Source of the DNA: a virus
Lineage: Duplodnaviria > Caudoviricetes
Direction: 5' to 3' (one strand)
IMG/VR virus record: IMGVR_UViG_3300037721_000031
Span: 128,001-192,000 of that record
Length of the DNA stretch: 64,000 bases
Shown: positions 9,566-20,831 of the stretch, piece by piece
How positions within the stretch are numbered: the stretch's first letter is position 1
How the letters are laid out: every line of letters starts with the position of its first letter
Program-made: the position numbers and the translations under genes
Notes under the pieces: model-generated
Seen by the model: only the letters and a program-made list of their open reading frames with translations
Told to the model about the DNA's origin: nothing
Database searches by the model: none

Positions 9566-11758
9566 CTATACGTGCCAAAAGTCAGGAACGGTCATTTGTT
9601 CTTCAATATCTAATTCAAGATATCTATCAATTCCTATTACATTAGTTACGTCTCTAGGATTATTAACTAACTCTGGTAAATCATAGCTAACGTCTACTGA
9701 AATAGGAGAACGGTTATAATACGTAGCACTGACGTCGGTCAGACTAGGTTTAACAGGTATGTCCAATTCTGCACTGATTTTACGGCCAACATGAATAACT
9801 TCATCAAACGTGGCTGATCCGATATCGAAATAACCACCTTGCTTTTGTTTTTGATCAGCTGTCAATACACCGACAGTCATTGGAAGCTTTTGATGATACT
9901 TTGTATAGCCGGTGATATTATCAGGCCTTGTTCCTGATTCTCCAGCATCCAATATTGCAGTACTATTAATAGCTGAATTATATTGCACACTGTAACTAGA
10001 CAACTGTGACATTATGCGAATCATGGCTCGCTGAATATCTTCTAAACTTATAGCTTTAGAAGCAATGATACCTGTTGCCGCCTCAAGTAAATCTACAGAT
10101 AGTTGTGCTAAGTGAGATAGTGTATATTCAGATATAGTTATATTTCTATCTGAGAACCAATCTGCGTAGAACTGTCCTTCTTCACCTAACTGTATACCTA
10201 CATCGGCCCAGAAACGAGTAATAAGTCCCATTTTCTGACCGCGGGCATTATTAAATTGCTCAGATGATGCGTACCCATACTGAAGTAATGCGCACTTCTG
10301 AATACTGCGACAGTGTTCGTTGAAAGTGTCTACAGAGATCATTGGGTTAGTGGTCGGTACTAAGCTCAACATATTTTGAGCAAACTCAGTACTAACTACT
10401 TTTGGATTAACAACAGACATTACATCCTGTACTGTTGGTTTTGGTACTAGCATAACTCGTTCAGCAACTACTTTAGGTAGCCTAACCAAAGTAATATTCA
10501 TATTCACACAAGTAGCGTATGTGTAAAATACGAAGGCGTCTCTTGCAGTCATAACTAATGCTTCACCAGTCAGTGGAGAAGTTACACTGATGAATGCACG
10601 GTAATGATCTAGATGACTAAGCCACAGCCAGTGATTAAGTAATATATCTGCTAGCGTGTAACGTTCAGATCCTGTGAAGTCAATAATTGACGATTCTAAA
10701 AGTTTAGTCTTCAATTCATTAGCAAGAGAATATTCCATTACTCTAGCTGCTACTCTTTGTTCTGAGTCACGATACTTGGTATTATCACGTGCTAGAAAGT
10801 CTTCTTTATCCATGACTTGAGTCAAGGTAAAAGTATCTTTCATGTCGTAATTAGTCTTAGTATTCAGAGGTATTTTCTTGAATGATATTTCTGGCTTTAG
10901 ATTACCAGGCATATCTTGCAAGTCATGTCGCATTTGATATTCAGCAAGAGGTAAACCTCTGCTGGTCATGATATGTTCTGTCAACCATTCAAACACTTCT
11001 TGTTTGCCGCTATTTCTCTCAATGTAAGCTATGTTACGATACAGCCAAAGCGCTTGTGATCTAGTGAGGTACATCAAGTATACATCAAGTAATCCGTGGC
11101 TCGCTAAGTATTGCCGTAAGTGATAGCTATGCACTTCATTTGTTTTACATGCTCTTAATCTGAGATTGATAATACTAGCAACCATGTTGATATAAAGTAT
11201 ACCAAGCATTGTTGTTGAGTATAGATTATCAGATAATCCATATTGAGGATTATCCCATCTAGACAGGTAACTGTATATCCACTCTTGCAAGTTATTAATA
11301 AGTGAATATTCGTGCTCTTCCACTAACTGTGGGGGATACGATAAAATAGTTCCATTACGGGCTGAAATAGCAGCGTCAATATTGCAAGGATGTAAAATAC
11401 CAAGAATTAGTCTTTCTTGATTCGGATAGCGATTAACTAATTCTTTATAGTACTGTCCGCCGTAGGCGTATGTTTTAGCGGTAGTGCGGTGAAACTGCAA
11501 GTTATCCTTGGTGAAATTTACCACCTCTAACGTATCTAATGATATCACAGTCATCATAGTGTCGTCGTAATGATAGACACCAGATACGTGTAGATAGTAT
11601 TTCCATGTGGTAGGATCAAGACGATCTACAGCCTGAGGACCTAGACGAATATACAACTCATCGTTAATTGCATTTGCAGTGTCTTTAGACTTTAGGACGA
11701 TACTCTCTGCCAGTCTAAATACTGACTCGGCATAGATTGAATAATAATTATCTTCCAC
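9566..11758 (-). CDS. Virion structural protein (phiKZ gp128-like, baseplate wedge-like)
   Basis: 730 aa, GTG start; TWKYYLHVSGVYH and LWLYRNIAYIERNSGKQ motifs; divergent from the portal gene. Confidence 0.65.
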   Translation of the reverse strand: MEDNYYSIYAESVFRLAESIVLKSKDTANAINDELYIRLGPQAVDRLDPTTWKYYLHVSGVYHYDDTMMTVISLDTLEVVNFTKDNLQFHRTTAKTYAYGGQYYKELVNRYPNQERLILGILHPCNIDAAISARNGTILSYPPQLVEEHEYSLINNLQEWIYSYLSRWDNPQYGLSDNLYSTTMLGILYINMVASIINLRLRACKTNEVHSYHLRQYLASHGLLDVYLMYLTRSQALWLYRNIAYIERNSGKQEVFEWLTEHIMTSRGLPLAEYQMRHDLQDMPGNLKPEISFKKIPLNTKTNYDMKDTFTLTQVMDKEDFLARDNTKYRDSEQRVAARVMEYSLANELKTKLLESSIIDFTGSERYTLADILLNHWLWLSHLDHYRAFISVTSPLTGEALVMTARDAFVFYTYATCVNMNITLVRLPKVVAERVMLVPKPTVQDVMSVVNPKVVSTEFAQNMLSLVPTTNPMISVDTFNEHCRSIQKCALLQYGYASSEQFNNARGQKMGLITRFWADVGIQLGEEGQFYADWFSDRNITISEYTLSHLAQLSVDLLEAATGIIASKAISLEDIQRAMIRIMSQLSSYSVQYNSAINSTAILDAGESGTRPDNITGYTKYHQKLPMTVGVLTADQKQKQGGYFDIGSATFDEVIHVGRKISAELDIPVKPSLTDVSATYYNRSPISVDVSYDLPELVNNPRDVTNVIGIDRYLELDIEEQMTVPDFWHV

Positions 11759-11796
11759 GATATCTCCAACCCATTCCTTCAGAATTAGAAACTGAA

Positions 11797-14745
11797 ATGA
11801 GCAAAAATACGATTATTAAGACGATCGGTTTAGCCAATAAAGGCCAAACCTACCCCGTGATGAAGCTGGTTTCTGATAACCCTGATATGGCTGCGCTTAT
11901 CAGTAAGATGGTTAGTAATCCAGCAACCCCTACTTCTTACGATAATAAAGGCCAGCGCACAATAGCTCAGCCGAACTCTTATGAATTTAAGAATACATCA
12001 TGGAGAACTGCTCGTAATGCAAATGATGCTAGAGCAGTAATGCAGATGTTTCCTGACATGGAGTTGGCTGCGCAGATTTTAGTTAGTTCTATCTTGTCTC
12101 CAAAAGACATGATGACAACAGAACTAATTTTTCAAGCACCAGAGAATGTTGTTAGTAATCAGATCAGTGGTGAACTGCTACGTATTATTCGGCAACACTT
12201 TGATCAGGTCTATAAAATTAAGCCAATGTTAGGCAGAATCTTAAGAGATATCCTGTTTGAAAAAGGTAGCTATATCTGCGCAGTTATTCCTGAAAATAGC
12301 TTAGACGAAATTATTAATCGTCACACTACTATTACGATGGAAGGTATTTCTGAACTTATTGACAAAGAAGGTAAGGTAAGAAGTATTGGTATTCTTGGTC
12401 CTAGTAAGAAGCCTAATGGTGCACCTGATAGTGTTGATCCGTCACCTGGAGTATCTTTAGAAAGCTTTGCACAATATGATTTCCGGACAGCGCATCGTAG
12501 TATCGACGGCCGTCTGAATATGGAAGGATTTAAGGATGGTAACACCTTACAAAATCCATATCTTCTAGTTACAGATAACCCGGACGTTTTAAAGTTTCCC
12601 AAGATCCAAAAGAAATTGACTGAGCAGCGTGTTAATGATTCACTGAAACACATCGGAAATTCGTTAGCTTCTAGAGTAAATCGTAATTCTTCTATTGCGT
12701 TAGAAGCAATGGCCAGGAATAGAGTTACTAACCAAAATAAGTTAACTGACCGTGAACTGACTAGTGCCATTTACAAGAACGCAAGTAATACGCATGAAGG
12801 TGTAGCGTTACTCAAAACAGATCAACAGCTCAAGCGTAAATCTGTAAGTAACCCCCTGATTATGGACTTACCGTCAGAATCTGTTATACCGGTGCATGTG
12901 CCAGGACAAGAAGAAAAACATATCGGATACTTCGTTCTGCTCGATATGAACGGTAATCCAATTAATTCTGTTGGTGATAAAGATTACTACGGTGAACTAA
13001 CTGAACGTATGAACGGTGGTGGTAACTCTAGTAGCTTCCCAAGTCAGCTGCTGAATCGTATTAAGAGTATGCACAGTGGTTTTGACTGTACTAATAAAGA
13101 GCACTTGGATTACAGTACTCGAGTATATGCCGATATGATCGAACAAGATCTTATCGCACGTCTGAAAAATGGTATTTATACAAACGGTGTACAACTTGCT
13201 CGAAATGAAGAAGTATATCGAATAATGCTCGCACGTACATTTTCTAGACAGCAGACTCAAATGTTGTTCTTACCTGTAGAACTGGTTACCTATTATGCAT
13301 TTAGATATACTGCAGATGGTATCGGTAAGTCATTAATGGATGACATGAAGGTACTGAATTCATTACGAGCAACGACAATGTTTGCAAATGTCATGGCGTC
13401 TATTCGTAATTCAGTAGCACAGACAAATGTAAAGTTGAAGCTAGATGAACATGATCCTGATCCGTATAAGTCAATCGAACGGATGATGAATGAAATTGTT
13501 CGTGCTAAGCAGCAGTCATTTCCATTAGGTGCAAACTCTCCAGTTGATATTGTAAATTGGTTACAACGTGCAGGGTATCAATGGGCATTTGAAGGTCACC
13601 CAGGTCTTCCCGATATTCAAGTTGAGTTTAGTGAAAGTTCAACAAACTATCCAAAACCAGATAGTGAGTTAGAAGAGAGTTTACGTAAACGTGCTATCAT
13701 GTCGACTGGCTTGAATCCAGAAACTGTGGATAATGGTTTTAGTGGTGAGTTTGCAACATCTGTTGTGGCAAATAATGTATTACTGTCTAGACGGGTAATG
13801 CAGATTCAAGAACAGTTCTGTCCTCTTCTTAATGATAATATTCAGAAAATTATTCTAGCTACACCGTCTTTACTTGATAACATGAGAAGTGTTATTGAAA
13901 ACGGGTATAACTCAATTAAACTAGAAGATGATCAAAGGAAGAGAATTTGTTCTGGTTTAGCTGATGAGAAAAGTGCGATAATTGATTATGTGCTATTAGA
14001 ATGGATTCATGGGATGGAAACTCAACTCCCACGTCCCAACTCTGTAACATTAGAAAATCAGTTTCAAGCATATGAGACATATTCCAAGATTCTAGATCAA
14101 CTTCTAGATGCGTGGATTAACGAATCGTTCTTTACAGCAGAGACTGGTGGTGATGTTGCGCAACACGTAACTACTATGCGTAATGCAGTGCGTGCTCACT
14201 TCATACGTAAGTGGTCTGCTGAGAACGGTGTAATGCCGGAGTTGTCAGACATTACAGCAATGACAGAAGAAGGCTCTGCACAGACTAACTTCTGGGAAAT
14301 TCAGCAGTCGCATATGGGATCACTCATGAAAACTATGAGTGAGTTTCTGAAGAGTCTTCAACCTGCAAAAGATAAATCTGATGCAGTGCTTGCCAATAGT
14401 ACTGATATGGCTGAAGCTCCAGAACAAAGTATGAATTCTAATACTGATTCTAGTAGTGGAGCAGATGGTCTAGATACTGATTTAGATAACAATGATCTAG
14501 ACAATACAGAAATTTTTGACGATAGTGATCAGACTAGTGATTTAGAAAGTACTGTTTCCGACAGTAGTATTGATGTCACTACTGATACTGATGACGAAGT
14601 TCCTAAGGAAGACTCAGACGCTATTCTACCGGTTGGTGATGTCAAAACAGAATCATTAAAGGAAGAGTCTCAGAATACAAGTAGTGGTGGGAAGAAGATA
14701 AAGTCAATCACACCTACATACGTGTATAAACCTAAGCGGACTTGA
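11797..14745 (+). CDS. Portal protein (phiKZ gp129-like) with acidic C-terminal extension
   Basis: ~980 aa; FPDMELAAQILVSSILSP motif; SLE/ALE prohead-protease-type sites; position next to the gp128-like gene. Confidence 0.75.
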   Translation: MSKNTIIKTIGLANKGQTYPVMKLVSDNPDMAALISKMVSNPATPTSYDNKGQRTIAQPNSYEFKNTSWRTARNANDARAVMQMFPDMELAAQILVSSILSPKDMMTTELIFQAPENVVSNQISGELLRIIRQHFDQVYKIKPMLGRILRDILFEKGSYICAVIPENSLDEIINRHTTITMEGISELIDKEGKVRSIGILGPSKKPNGAPDSVDPSPGVSLESFAQYDFRTAHRSIDGRLNMEGFKDGNTLQNPYLLVTDNPDVLKFPKIQKKLTEQRVNDSLKHIGNSLASRVNRNSSIALEAMARNRVTNQNKLTDRELTSAIYKNASNTHEGVALLKTDQQLKRKSVSNPLIMDLPSESVIPVHVPGQEEKHIGYFVLLDMNGNPINSVGDKDYYGELTERMNGGGNSSSFPSQLLNRIKSMHSGFDCTNKEHLDYSTRVYADMIEQDLIARLKNGIYTNGVQLARNEEVYRIMLARTFSRQQTQMLFLPVELVTYYAFRYTADGIGKSLMDDMKVLNSLRATTMFANVMASIRNSVAQTNVKLKLDEHDPDPYKSIERMMNEIVRAKQQSFPLGANSPVDIVNWLQRAGYQWAFEGHPGLPDIQVEFSESSTNYPKPDSELEESLRKRAIMSTGLNPETVDNGFSGEFATSVVANNVLLSRRVMQIQEQFCPLLNDNIQKIILATPSLLDNMRSVIENGYNSIKLEDDQRKRICSGLADEKSAIIDYVLLEWIHGMETQLPRPNSVTLENQFQAYETYSKILDQLLDAWINESFFTAETGGDVAQHVTTMRNAVRAHFIRKWSAENGVMPELSDITAMTEEGSAQTNFWEIQQSHMGSLMKTMSEFLKSLQPAKDKSDAVLANSTDMAEAPEQSMNSNTDSSSGADGLDTDLDNNDLDNTEIFDDSDQTSDLESTVSDSSIDVTTDTDDEVPKEDSDAILPVGDVKTESLKEESQNTSSGGKKIKSITPTYVYKPKRT

Positions 14746-14779
14746 TTCTACTGTTAATCAAAAAAAAAATAACAGCATA

Positions 14780-14807
14780 CAGAGCTAGGGCAATTGCCCT
14801 AGCTCTG
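14780..14807. terminator. Perfect 28-bp palindrome / terminator
   Basis: cagagctagggcaattgccctagctctg between convergent genes. Confidence 0.75.
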
Positions 14808-14839
14808 ATTATGCCGTAGCTCATCGGTTTACTAATAAA

Positions 14840-15265
14840 TCAAAACACTGCTTCAGTTTTTCCACTCAAAATATCAGAATAGCAAGTGCGCATGTCTTTA
14901 TAAATATTAAACGCATTAGCTGTAGTGGGCCAGTGTGCACCGATAAATGAAGACACTTCTTCAACAGATGTCTCAAATGCTTTAGAGCAATCATTCCATG
15001 TTAGTAGCTTTTTACCGAATGACTCTTCCAGCCCTAACGCAATGCAGCGGTTATCTAGAAATTCGTTACCACTAATGACTCGAGCGTTAGGATTAACTTC
15101 TAAGGTATAGACGATGACTCCAGTATCCCAGCAGTTCCTATCCTTAACAGATACTACTCCACCAATTGCTCGCCCGGTAAATAGATGTAATTTACCTTTT
15201 GCAGAAAAGATTAGGAATGGCTTGTGCTTTCTAGATTGCGAACTATTCCTGTAAACCACTTCCAT
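14840..15265 (-). CDS. Hypothetical protein
   Basis: 141-aa ORF bounded by hairpins. Confidence 0.6.
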   Translation of the reverse strand: MEVVYRNSSQSRKHKPFLIFSAKGKLHLFTGRAIGGVVSVKDRNCWDTGVIVYTLEVNPNARVISGNEFLDNRCIALGLEESFGKKLLTWNDCSKAFETSVEEVSSFIGAHWPTTANAFNIYKDMRTCYSDILSGKTEAVF

Positions 15266-15370
15266 ATAGTATCCCTTAGTTACTTGTTAACAAAAAATTA
15301 GCTTGTAGACATTGCAGTAACAGGGTATAACTCCTGTTACTGCATATGCCGACTTTGTTTTTAATAAATA

Positions 15371-17497
15371 CTAGACGCGCCGGACGAGGATAGCTTCTTT
15401 ATTGATGAAACCGTTAGTCACTTGCATAACTACATTATCGGTTGTCACCATATAAATTTGGTAGGCACCCTTCTGGATGGCTCCAAGAGACTTTGTCAGA
15501 ATTGCAAAGAGTTCTTTGTTACCAGCTTCAGTTACGAGAACCGTTCTGTTACCAGTATCCGCAAGATTGATATCCCTGGAGTGAAGCTTAAGACAAATGT
15601 ATGCCATATCAGCAGCACTGAAAGCCACGGTTCCATTCTTATAATCATTACCCCAGCTATCACCAATCACACCCTTCACATACATTGCGGTATCTTCCTT
15701 ACCGAGCAGAAGGAGTCGGTGCATAATTGACTCTTCCTCAGCCTCAAGAGAGTTACCAACAGTGTCACCGAACGCTTGTGAAAGAGCAGTACTGAGTCCA
15801 AGAGTATCGTTAAATGAATCGATAGTAACGTTGTCCAACCCCATCTCAAGACTCAATACTGAATTAATACTATCCACCAGTATCTTGTCAATGAACGGGA
15901 GAAGATGAATCTTACCATCGCTACTCATATCCTTGATAATCTCCAGACCTTCACTGAACGTCTTTGACGATGACAGAAGCAGAACGACTGTGCGAAGTTC
16001 TTCTTCTAGTTCCCGAGTGTCTACGAACAAAGGCGTGACAACAGTCATCTTTACAATGCATGCATCATTGCTGGACAGATACTCATCCTGCTTTGCTTTG
16101 AGTCTTGCAATGCTTACTGCTGCTTCACTACATGTAGCGATCATAGAACCACTAGTGTCTTCGACAACAGTGACTTCAAATGGTTTCGAAATAATGTTCA
16201 CAATCTTCCCATCGATGTTGTCTTGCGTACTTTCAGATACAGACTGATTCACTGGTCGCCTACCGACCAAATGTTTCTCGTATTCCATCATACCCTTTTC
16301 CTCTTCAGAGAGATCAATTAAAACGCAAATGCAAGCACCATCTACTACGGTGTACATCGGCTTTTGGATTGTAGGATTCCATATTGGGTGATAAGGTTGC
16401 TTATCACTACGTTCCCACTTCATTCCACTAGGTAATGCTTCCGGACTGTAAACAGTCGTCTCGTAAGAGCTTGTAACTTTTCTTTCTTCTCTGATACTTT
16501 CACCAGTTACCTGATTATTAAACCAGTCATTTGGTTGAGTATTCATTACAGACGTTGGTTGAGAGGCCCGTGCATTTGGTGAGAAGGTAGCTTCTGACAC
16601 AACTGCTGGTTCACGAGATACGAATGGTTGTTGAATGCTACCAGTCTTCATCAAATCAGCAACAGTTGCTCGTGCAGAAGACTTCCCAGAAAACTGAGAC
16701 GGTGCAGTCTGCTGTACGGGAGTAGAACTATACTGGTGGCTAGTATTGAAGCTGTTAGTATTCTGTTCACTCAATTGCTTCTTGTAACGGTTAATGGCCC
16801 CACCAGAGCTATGACTAGCATTTACAATGTTGTTCTGAGGAAATGATTGCCTATTAGCTTGACCAAATAAGCCGTACCCGTCTTCTGATACGCCAGCCAT
16901 AGTAGGAACTGCGCCACCCATTCCACTACGAACAGGCATTTGCGTGTTATACCCGCCTTGTTGACGAGTACTGGCGGTGATGTCACGCACAATAGTCTCT
17001 AAAGCTCTGGTTCCATTCACAGCACTTTGTTGTAAATCCGGCTGTAGGAGTTGCATGAGTGAAGGAAAAGGTTTGATCTGTGCACACGCCATCATAGTCA
17101 CAACGTTTTGCACCACGCCAAGAACAGCACCTTCGATAGAATTATATTCCCTACCATTCATCATAACTAGATGAATGTAGTTTGAACAAATCTCCACAAG
17201 TTCCGTAAATTCCCTATTGTTGTATTGATTCATACTGTAGAGATTAAACATAAATACTCGCAGAGGATTCTGCTGCATTTTGTTTTGAATCTCCATTATG
17301 ATCACAGATGTAATCAGAGGGATATATTGCTGTATTTGCTGAGGCACATTCACAGCAGGTATGAAATGCGGCTGACCTGGAGATACGTTTACCGGTTGAT
17401 TTGTGATTTGTGTTGGATTTACAGGCAGCTGCATTTGAGGTTGCATTTGCATGCCTGAATTATTAGGATAACCGTTATTCTGAGGATAATAGCTCAC
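15371..17497 (-). CDS. Conserved phiKZ-like protein (gp124-like) with Gln/Pro/Asn-rich low-complexity regions
   Basis: 708 aa, immediately downstream of the nvRNAP subunit, as in phiKZ-like phages. Confidence 0.6.
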   Translation of the reverse strand: MSYYPQNNGYPNNSGMQMQPQMQLPVNPTQITNQPVNVSPGQPHFIPAVNVPQQIQQYIPLITSVIIMEIQNKMQQNPLRVFMFNLYSMNQYNNREFTELVEICSNYIHLVMMNGREYNSIEGAVLGVVQNVVTMMACAQIKPFPSLMQLLQPDLQQSAVNGTRALETIVRDITASTRQQGGYNTQMPVRSGMGGAVPTMAGVSEDGYGLFGQANRQSFPQNNIVNASHSSGGAINRYKKQLSEQNTNSFNTSHQYSSTPVQQTAPSQFSGKSSARATVADLMKTGSIQQPFVSREPAVVSEATFSPNARASQPTSVMNTQPNDWFNNQVTGESIREERKVTSSYETTVYSPEALPSGMKWERSDKQPYHPIWNPTIQKPMYTVVDGACICVLIDLSEEEKGMMEYEKHLVGRRPVNQSVSESTQDNIDGKIVNIISKPFEVTVVEDTSGSMIATCSEAAVSIARLKAKQDEYLSSNDACIVKMTVVTPLFVDTRELEEELRTVVLLLSSSKTFSEGLEIIKDMSSDGKIHLLPFIDKILVDSINSVLSLEMGLDNVTIDSFNDTLGLSTALSQAFGDTVGNSLEAEEESIMHRLLLLGKEDTAMYVKGVIGDSWGNDYKNGTVAFSAADMAYICLKLHSRDINLADTGNRTVLVTEAGNKELFAILTKSLGAIQKGAYQIYMVTTDNVVMQVTNGFINKEAILVRRV

Positions 17498-17573
17498 TTT
17501 AGAAACCCTTTTTCAAATAAAGTAAGAGATGTGTTGTGTAAGTTTCCAATTTACTCAATACATCTCAAATGTA

Positions 17574-19283
17574 TCATACCTCAATATCTCCGACAACATC
17601 CTCACTAGGAATAGCTGAGATATGCTGCCTTGATATTTTAGCCTGAGCGTCATCAAGAAGAGGAGCCAGTGCGATGTTTCTAACTATCCTGCCTTTATGA
17701 TCGATCAACGCATGGTGATTTAGCTTACCATGACCTGATGGGTCACTTTTAGCCATACCACTGTACGAGCCAATTTCTGCTACCGATACGTGAAACTTCT
17801 TGCTTGGATCACCAATTGATCCACGATCACTTGATTTACCCATTCCGCGACGAGTAGCGCTGGACTGAGGTACAAGAATAGAAGTAATCTTAAACGCCAT
17901 GTTGTCACCAGAGTAACTATTACTCGAGACTTCACCGTGATCTTTACGCAGATCAAAGATCCTGCGCGCAGTCATCATGGTGTTCATGGTGTTCACGATA
18001 TCCTTCTTCGTCAACTCCTTATTAGGACGAGCTGCTGTTGCGTTAATCTTGTAATAAAACGTGAATATAGCTTTGGTAATATCCATCAAAGCGTAATACA
18101 CCGTTACTAACTCTTTGTCGTACATTGAGTTAATTTTACTAGATCCTTCAAGCAACCAGTCATTGTACTTTGCAATGATGATTGCAAAGAACTCGTACAA
18201 GTTACCGACGTGAACACCAGACTCAGCCATATTGGCTTTAACAATTGTATCTACATATTCATCTAGAGAATGTATGTGGCTTTGCATCTTCTCAAGTAAC
18301 TTACCTGCGCCAATACCGCCTGAAAACAGAATATGACCCATTAGAACTTGCCACTGCAATACGGAATCTACATACTCTGGCTTCATTTGCTGTGGGAAAT
18401 GATCCACGACGTAAAAGAATGCAGCTATCATGGCCTTGACCATAGGTGTATAGTGTTCACGCCTAACAGCTACTTTTAGAGGAGTACTCTCGTAATACTC
18501 TTTACTGTTTCCACGACCATATCCTCTAGGCTTCATTCCTGGACTGCTGTAGATAGTCGAGCAGATGATCCACATATCCTTGGGATACATGTCAGGATCA
18601 AAGCTTTCTGCAACAACTGGCTCAGCTCCTGTAAAACGCTTGAATGCTTCTGTGAATCCATACTTACAGAATAAGTAATGAACCATTGAGGATTGCGCCC
18701 TAACTGTCGGGTGAACGCTCTTTTCCTTATGGATACGCGAATGAACTATCTGTTCAGTTTCACGCTCTCCATCTGCCATGTACGCACACAGAGATCTTTC
18801 GAACGTAATCTTATCACGTACGAATCTTACGAATATACTGCTGGCGCCAATGCTGAATACCCTGTCCTGAATCACTGGTGAAATAGTGAAACGACTACCG
18901 CTGATATAGATACTACCAGCTTGTGAAACAAAAGGTAGATAGATATACCTGGGGTCAAGAAGTTCACCATTGAACTTGAAGAAGTACTTCATGAGGTAAA
19001 TATCTGAACGAGCTGTCTCGTGTGTTCTCTTAGAACGCTTTACCCCACCACCACGCTTCGTATTGTGCTTGATCGCTTCAGTGTACTCTTCTTCAGGAGT
19101 GCATCGTTGACAGCCGGCGTAAGTTAGTCCTTGAGGAAAGTCTTTTGCGGCAGACTTAAATACTTCATCAATGTACCGTTCTGCAAACGTCATTTGATGA
19201 GTTGCAAGGCCCTCCGCTAACAATGAATTTAAACATGGCGTAGTATCTTTTATAAACTTAACTAATTCTGGATGTAATGCCAT
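17574..19283 (-). CDS. Non-virion RNA polymerase beta-like subunit (phiKZ gp123-like)
   Basis: 569 aa; AERYIDEVFKSAAKDFPQGLTY..C.RCTPEEEY N-terminus; synteny downstream of the capsid gene. Confidence 0.8.
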   Translation of the reverse strand: MALHPELVKFIKDTTPCLNSLLAEGLATHQMTFAERYIDEVFKSAAKDFPQGLTYAGCQRCTPEEEYTEAIKHNTKRGGGVKRSKRTHETARSDIYLMKYFFKFNGELLDPRYIYLPFVSQAGSIYISGSRFTISPVIQDRVFSIGASSIFVRFVRDKITFERSLCAYMADGERETEQIVHSRIHKEKSVHPTVRAQSSMVHYLFCKYGFTEAFKRFTGAEPVVAESFDPDMYPKDMWIICSTIYSSPGMKPRGYGRGNSKEYYESTPLKVAVRREHYTPMVKAMIAAFFYVVDHFPQQMKPEYVDSVLQWQVLMGHILFSGGIGAGKLLEKMQSHIHSLDEYVDTIVKANMAESGVHVGNLYEFFAIIIAKYNDWLLEGSSKINSMYDKELVTVYYALMDITKAIFTFYYKINATAARPNKELTKKDIVNTMNTMMTARRIFDLRKDHGEVSSNSYSGDNMAFKITSILVPQSSATRRGMGKSSDRGSIGDPSKKFHVSVAEIGSYSGMAKSDPSGHGKLNHHALIDHKGRIVRNIALAPLLDDAQAKISRQHISAIPSEDVVGDIEV

Positions 19284-19322
19284 CGTTACTCACCTTTATT
19301 GATTATGCCAAACAAGAGTCAG

Positions 19323-20516
19323 TTAAAGTTTCTGATGCGGAGTAGTCATTTTCTTATAAAATACATATAGACCAACTACACTAGTGATGGCAATAGGTAC
19401 GGTCTTTATTAATTCTAAAACACTTTTTCGTTCGATAGACTTTCGTTCTTCTTGTTCACGCAGCTCTGAAGTCTTACGCTCTTCACGCATAGTTTCAACT
19501 TTATTCCTAAAGAACTCTACTTCATTTTGATGCTTTATAATTGATGCTTCCAATTCTCTTTGTAAGCTATCACGTTCTACTGTTAAACGTTCCGCATCTA
19601 ATTCAGCACGACGTGTCTTATTCTTACTCTCTTCTTCTCGTGTTTGTAAGTCCTGAATAGCTAGTTGTGCTTTTCTTACCTCAGAACTCACCTCATCATT
19701 CAATGCTTCTATGTAAGATCTATGTAATTTGAAGAATGGAATGTCATCGCAAACATCATACCGTTCAGCTATTACTTCACTCTTTTCCATCTCATTGCGG
19801 ACAGGACTATTCGTGAGTACGTAAATTCCATCCCGCATCCCAATTTCTTTATGGGATTTAATAACATAGATATCATTTCCAATTTTAACGAACCTATCGC
19901 CAATTATACCACTGTTATCAACAATCCTAATGCTTCTAGTAAAATTATGGCAGGCAGTAAAATTGTTACCGGTATCAACCTCTGTCAATGAATTCTTTAA
20001 CGAGTTATGACTAACTTTAATTATTTCACTAATGATGGAGTATGGGTGAAAGAAGTTTTCCGTTACGCCGTAAATACTAAAGGCGTAATCTATATCTTTA
20101 ATGTAAACTGTACCACCGTACTTCTTTAGGAGTTGTAAGGGGATACTATACTCAGTACGCATTACGTCACCACTATAGTTAGTTATAGTAGCCGTACTCA
20201 TATTTGTCCAATATGTTTTAGCTATCTGTAATTCTACGCTGTTCTCATAATCTTGTTGATTCATTAACTGCATTAATTGTTTCTTAATGTTTGAATCAAC
20301 AAATGTCTCAACTCTTACGATGAGATTGTTTTCATTAACCGAACAGCGTTTATCTATAGTGAATCTTAGACCGTCACGTGTAGCTACGGCAATATCAACA
20401 GGTAGGCAATTGATAATTGTAATATTTCTTCTGTACGATGCATTGTTTTGCAGGCTTCTATCGTTCCATGGACTAATGTGATTTTCTAAGCCAATATGGG
20501 GAAACTCTGTAGTCAT
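19323..20516 (-). CDS. Conserved phiKZ-like protein (gp122-like) with C-terminal coiled coil and hydrophobic tail
   Basis: ORF between capsid and nvRNAP genes; start adjusted to Met37. Confidence 0.6.
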   Translation of the reverse strand: MTTEFPHIGLENHISPWNDRSLQNNASYRRNITIINCLPVDIAVATRDGLRFTIDKRCSVNENNLIVRVETFVDSNIKKQLMQLMNQQDYENSVELQIAKTYWTNMSTATITNYSGDVMRTEYSIPLQLLKKYGGTVYIKDIDYAFSIYGVTENFFHPYSIISEIIKVSHNSLKNSLTEVDTGNNFTACHNFTRSIRIVDNSGIIGDRFVKIGNDIYVIKSHKEIGMRDGIYVLTNSPVRNEMEKSEVIAERYDVCDDIPFFKLHRSYIEALNDEVSSEVRKAQLAIQDLQTREEESKNKTRRAELDAERLTVERDSLQRELEASIIKHQNEVEFFRNKVETMREERKTSELREQEERKSIERKSVLELIKTVPIAITSVVGLYVFYKKMTTPHQKL

Positions 20517-20661
20517 TATCAATACTTCCTTTTCTTCTTTATTTATTATTATTTTCATCATGAGAATAAATTCTAGTAATACAGCTATTGCATTACTCAG
20601 GATTGTAATATGTATCTGAAACAAAATTCATTAGAGTATAAAAGACAGCATAAAAAAGTAT

Positions 20662-20820
20662 TAACAGTCAGGCTACAATGTAGCCTGACTGTCTATGCGG
20701 CATAAATCCCAAACAGAGCAATTACGCTCTGTTTGGGACAAGCCCCAAGAAAACATCTTGCTCTGGAAACAAGAATGAATTCCTGGTGTAGATGATCATT
20801 ACTAATCATCTACACCATTG
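20662..20820. terminator. Cluster of four hairpins downstream of the major capsid gene
   Basis: acagtcaggctac/gtagcctgactgt; tcccaaacagagc/gctctgtttggga; ttcttg/caagaa; tggtgtagatgat/atcatctacacca. Confidence 0.65.
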
Positions 20821-20831
20821 TCAAGTATTTA

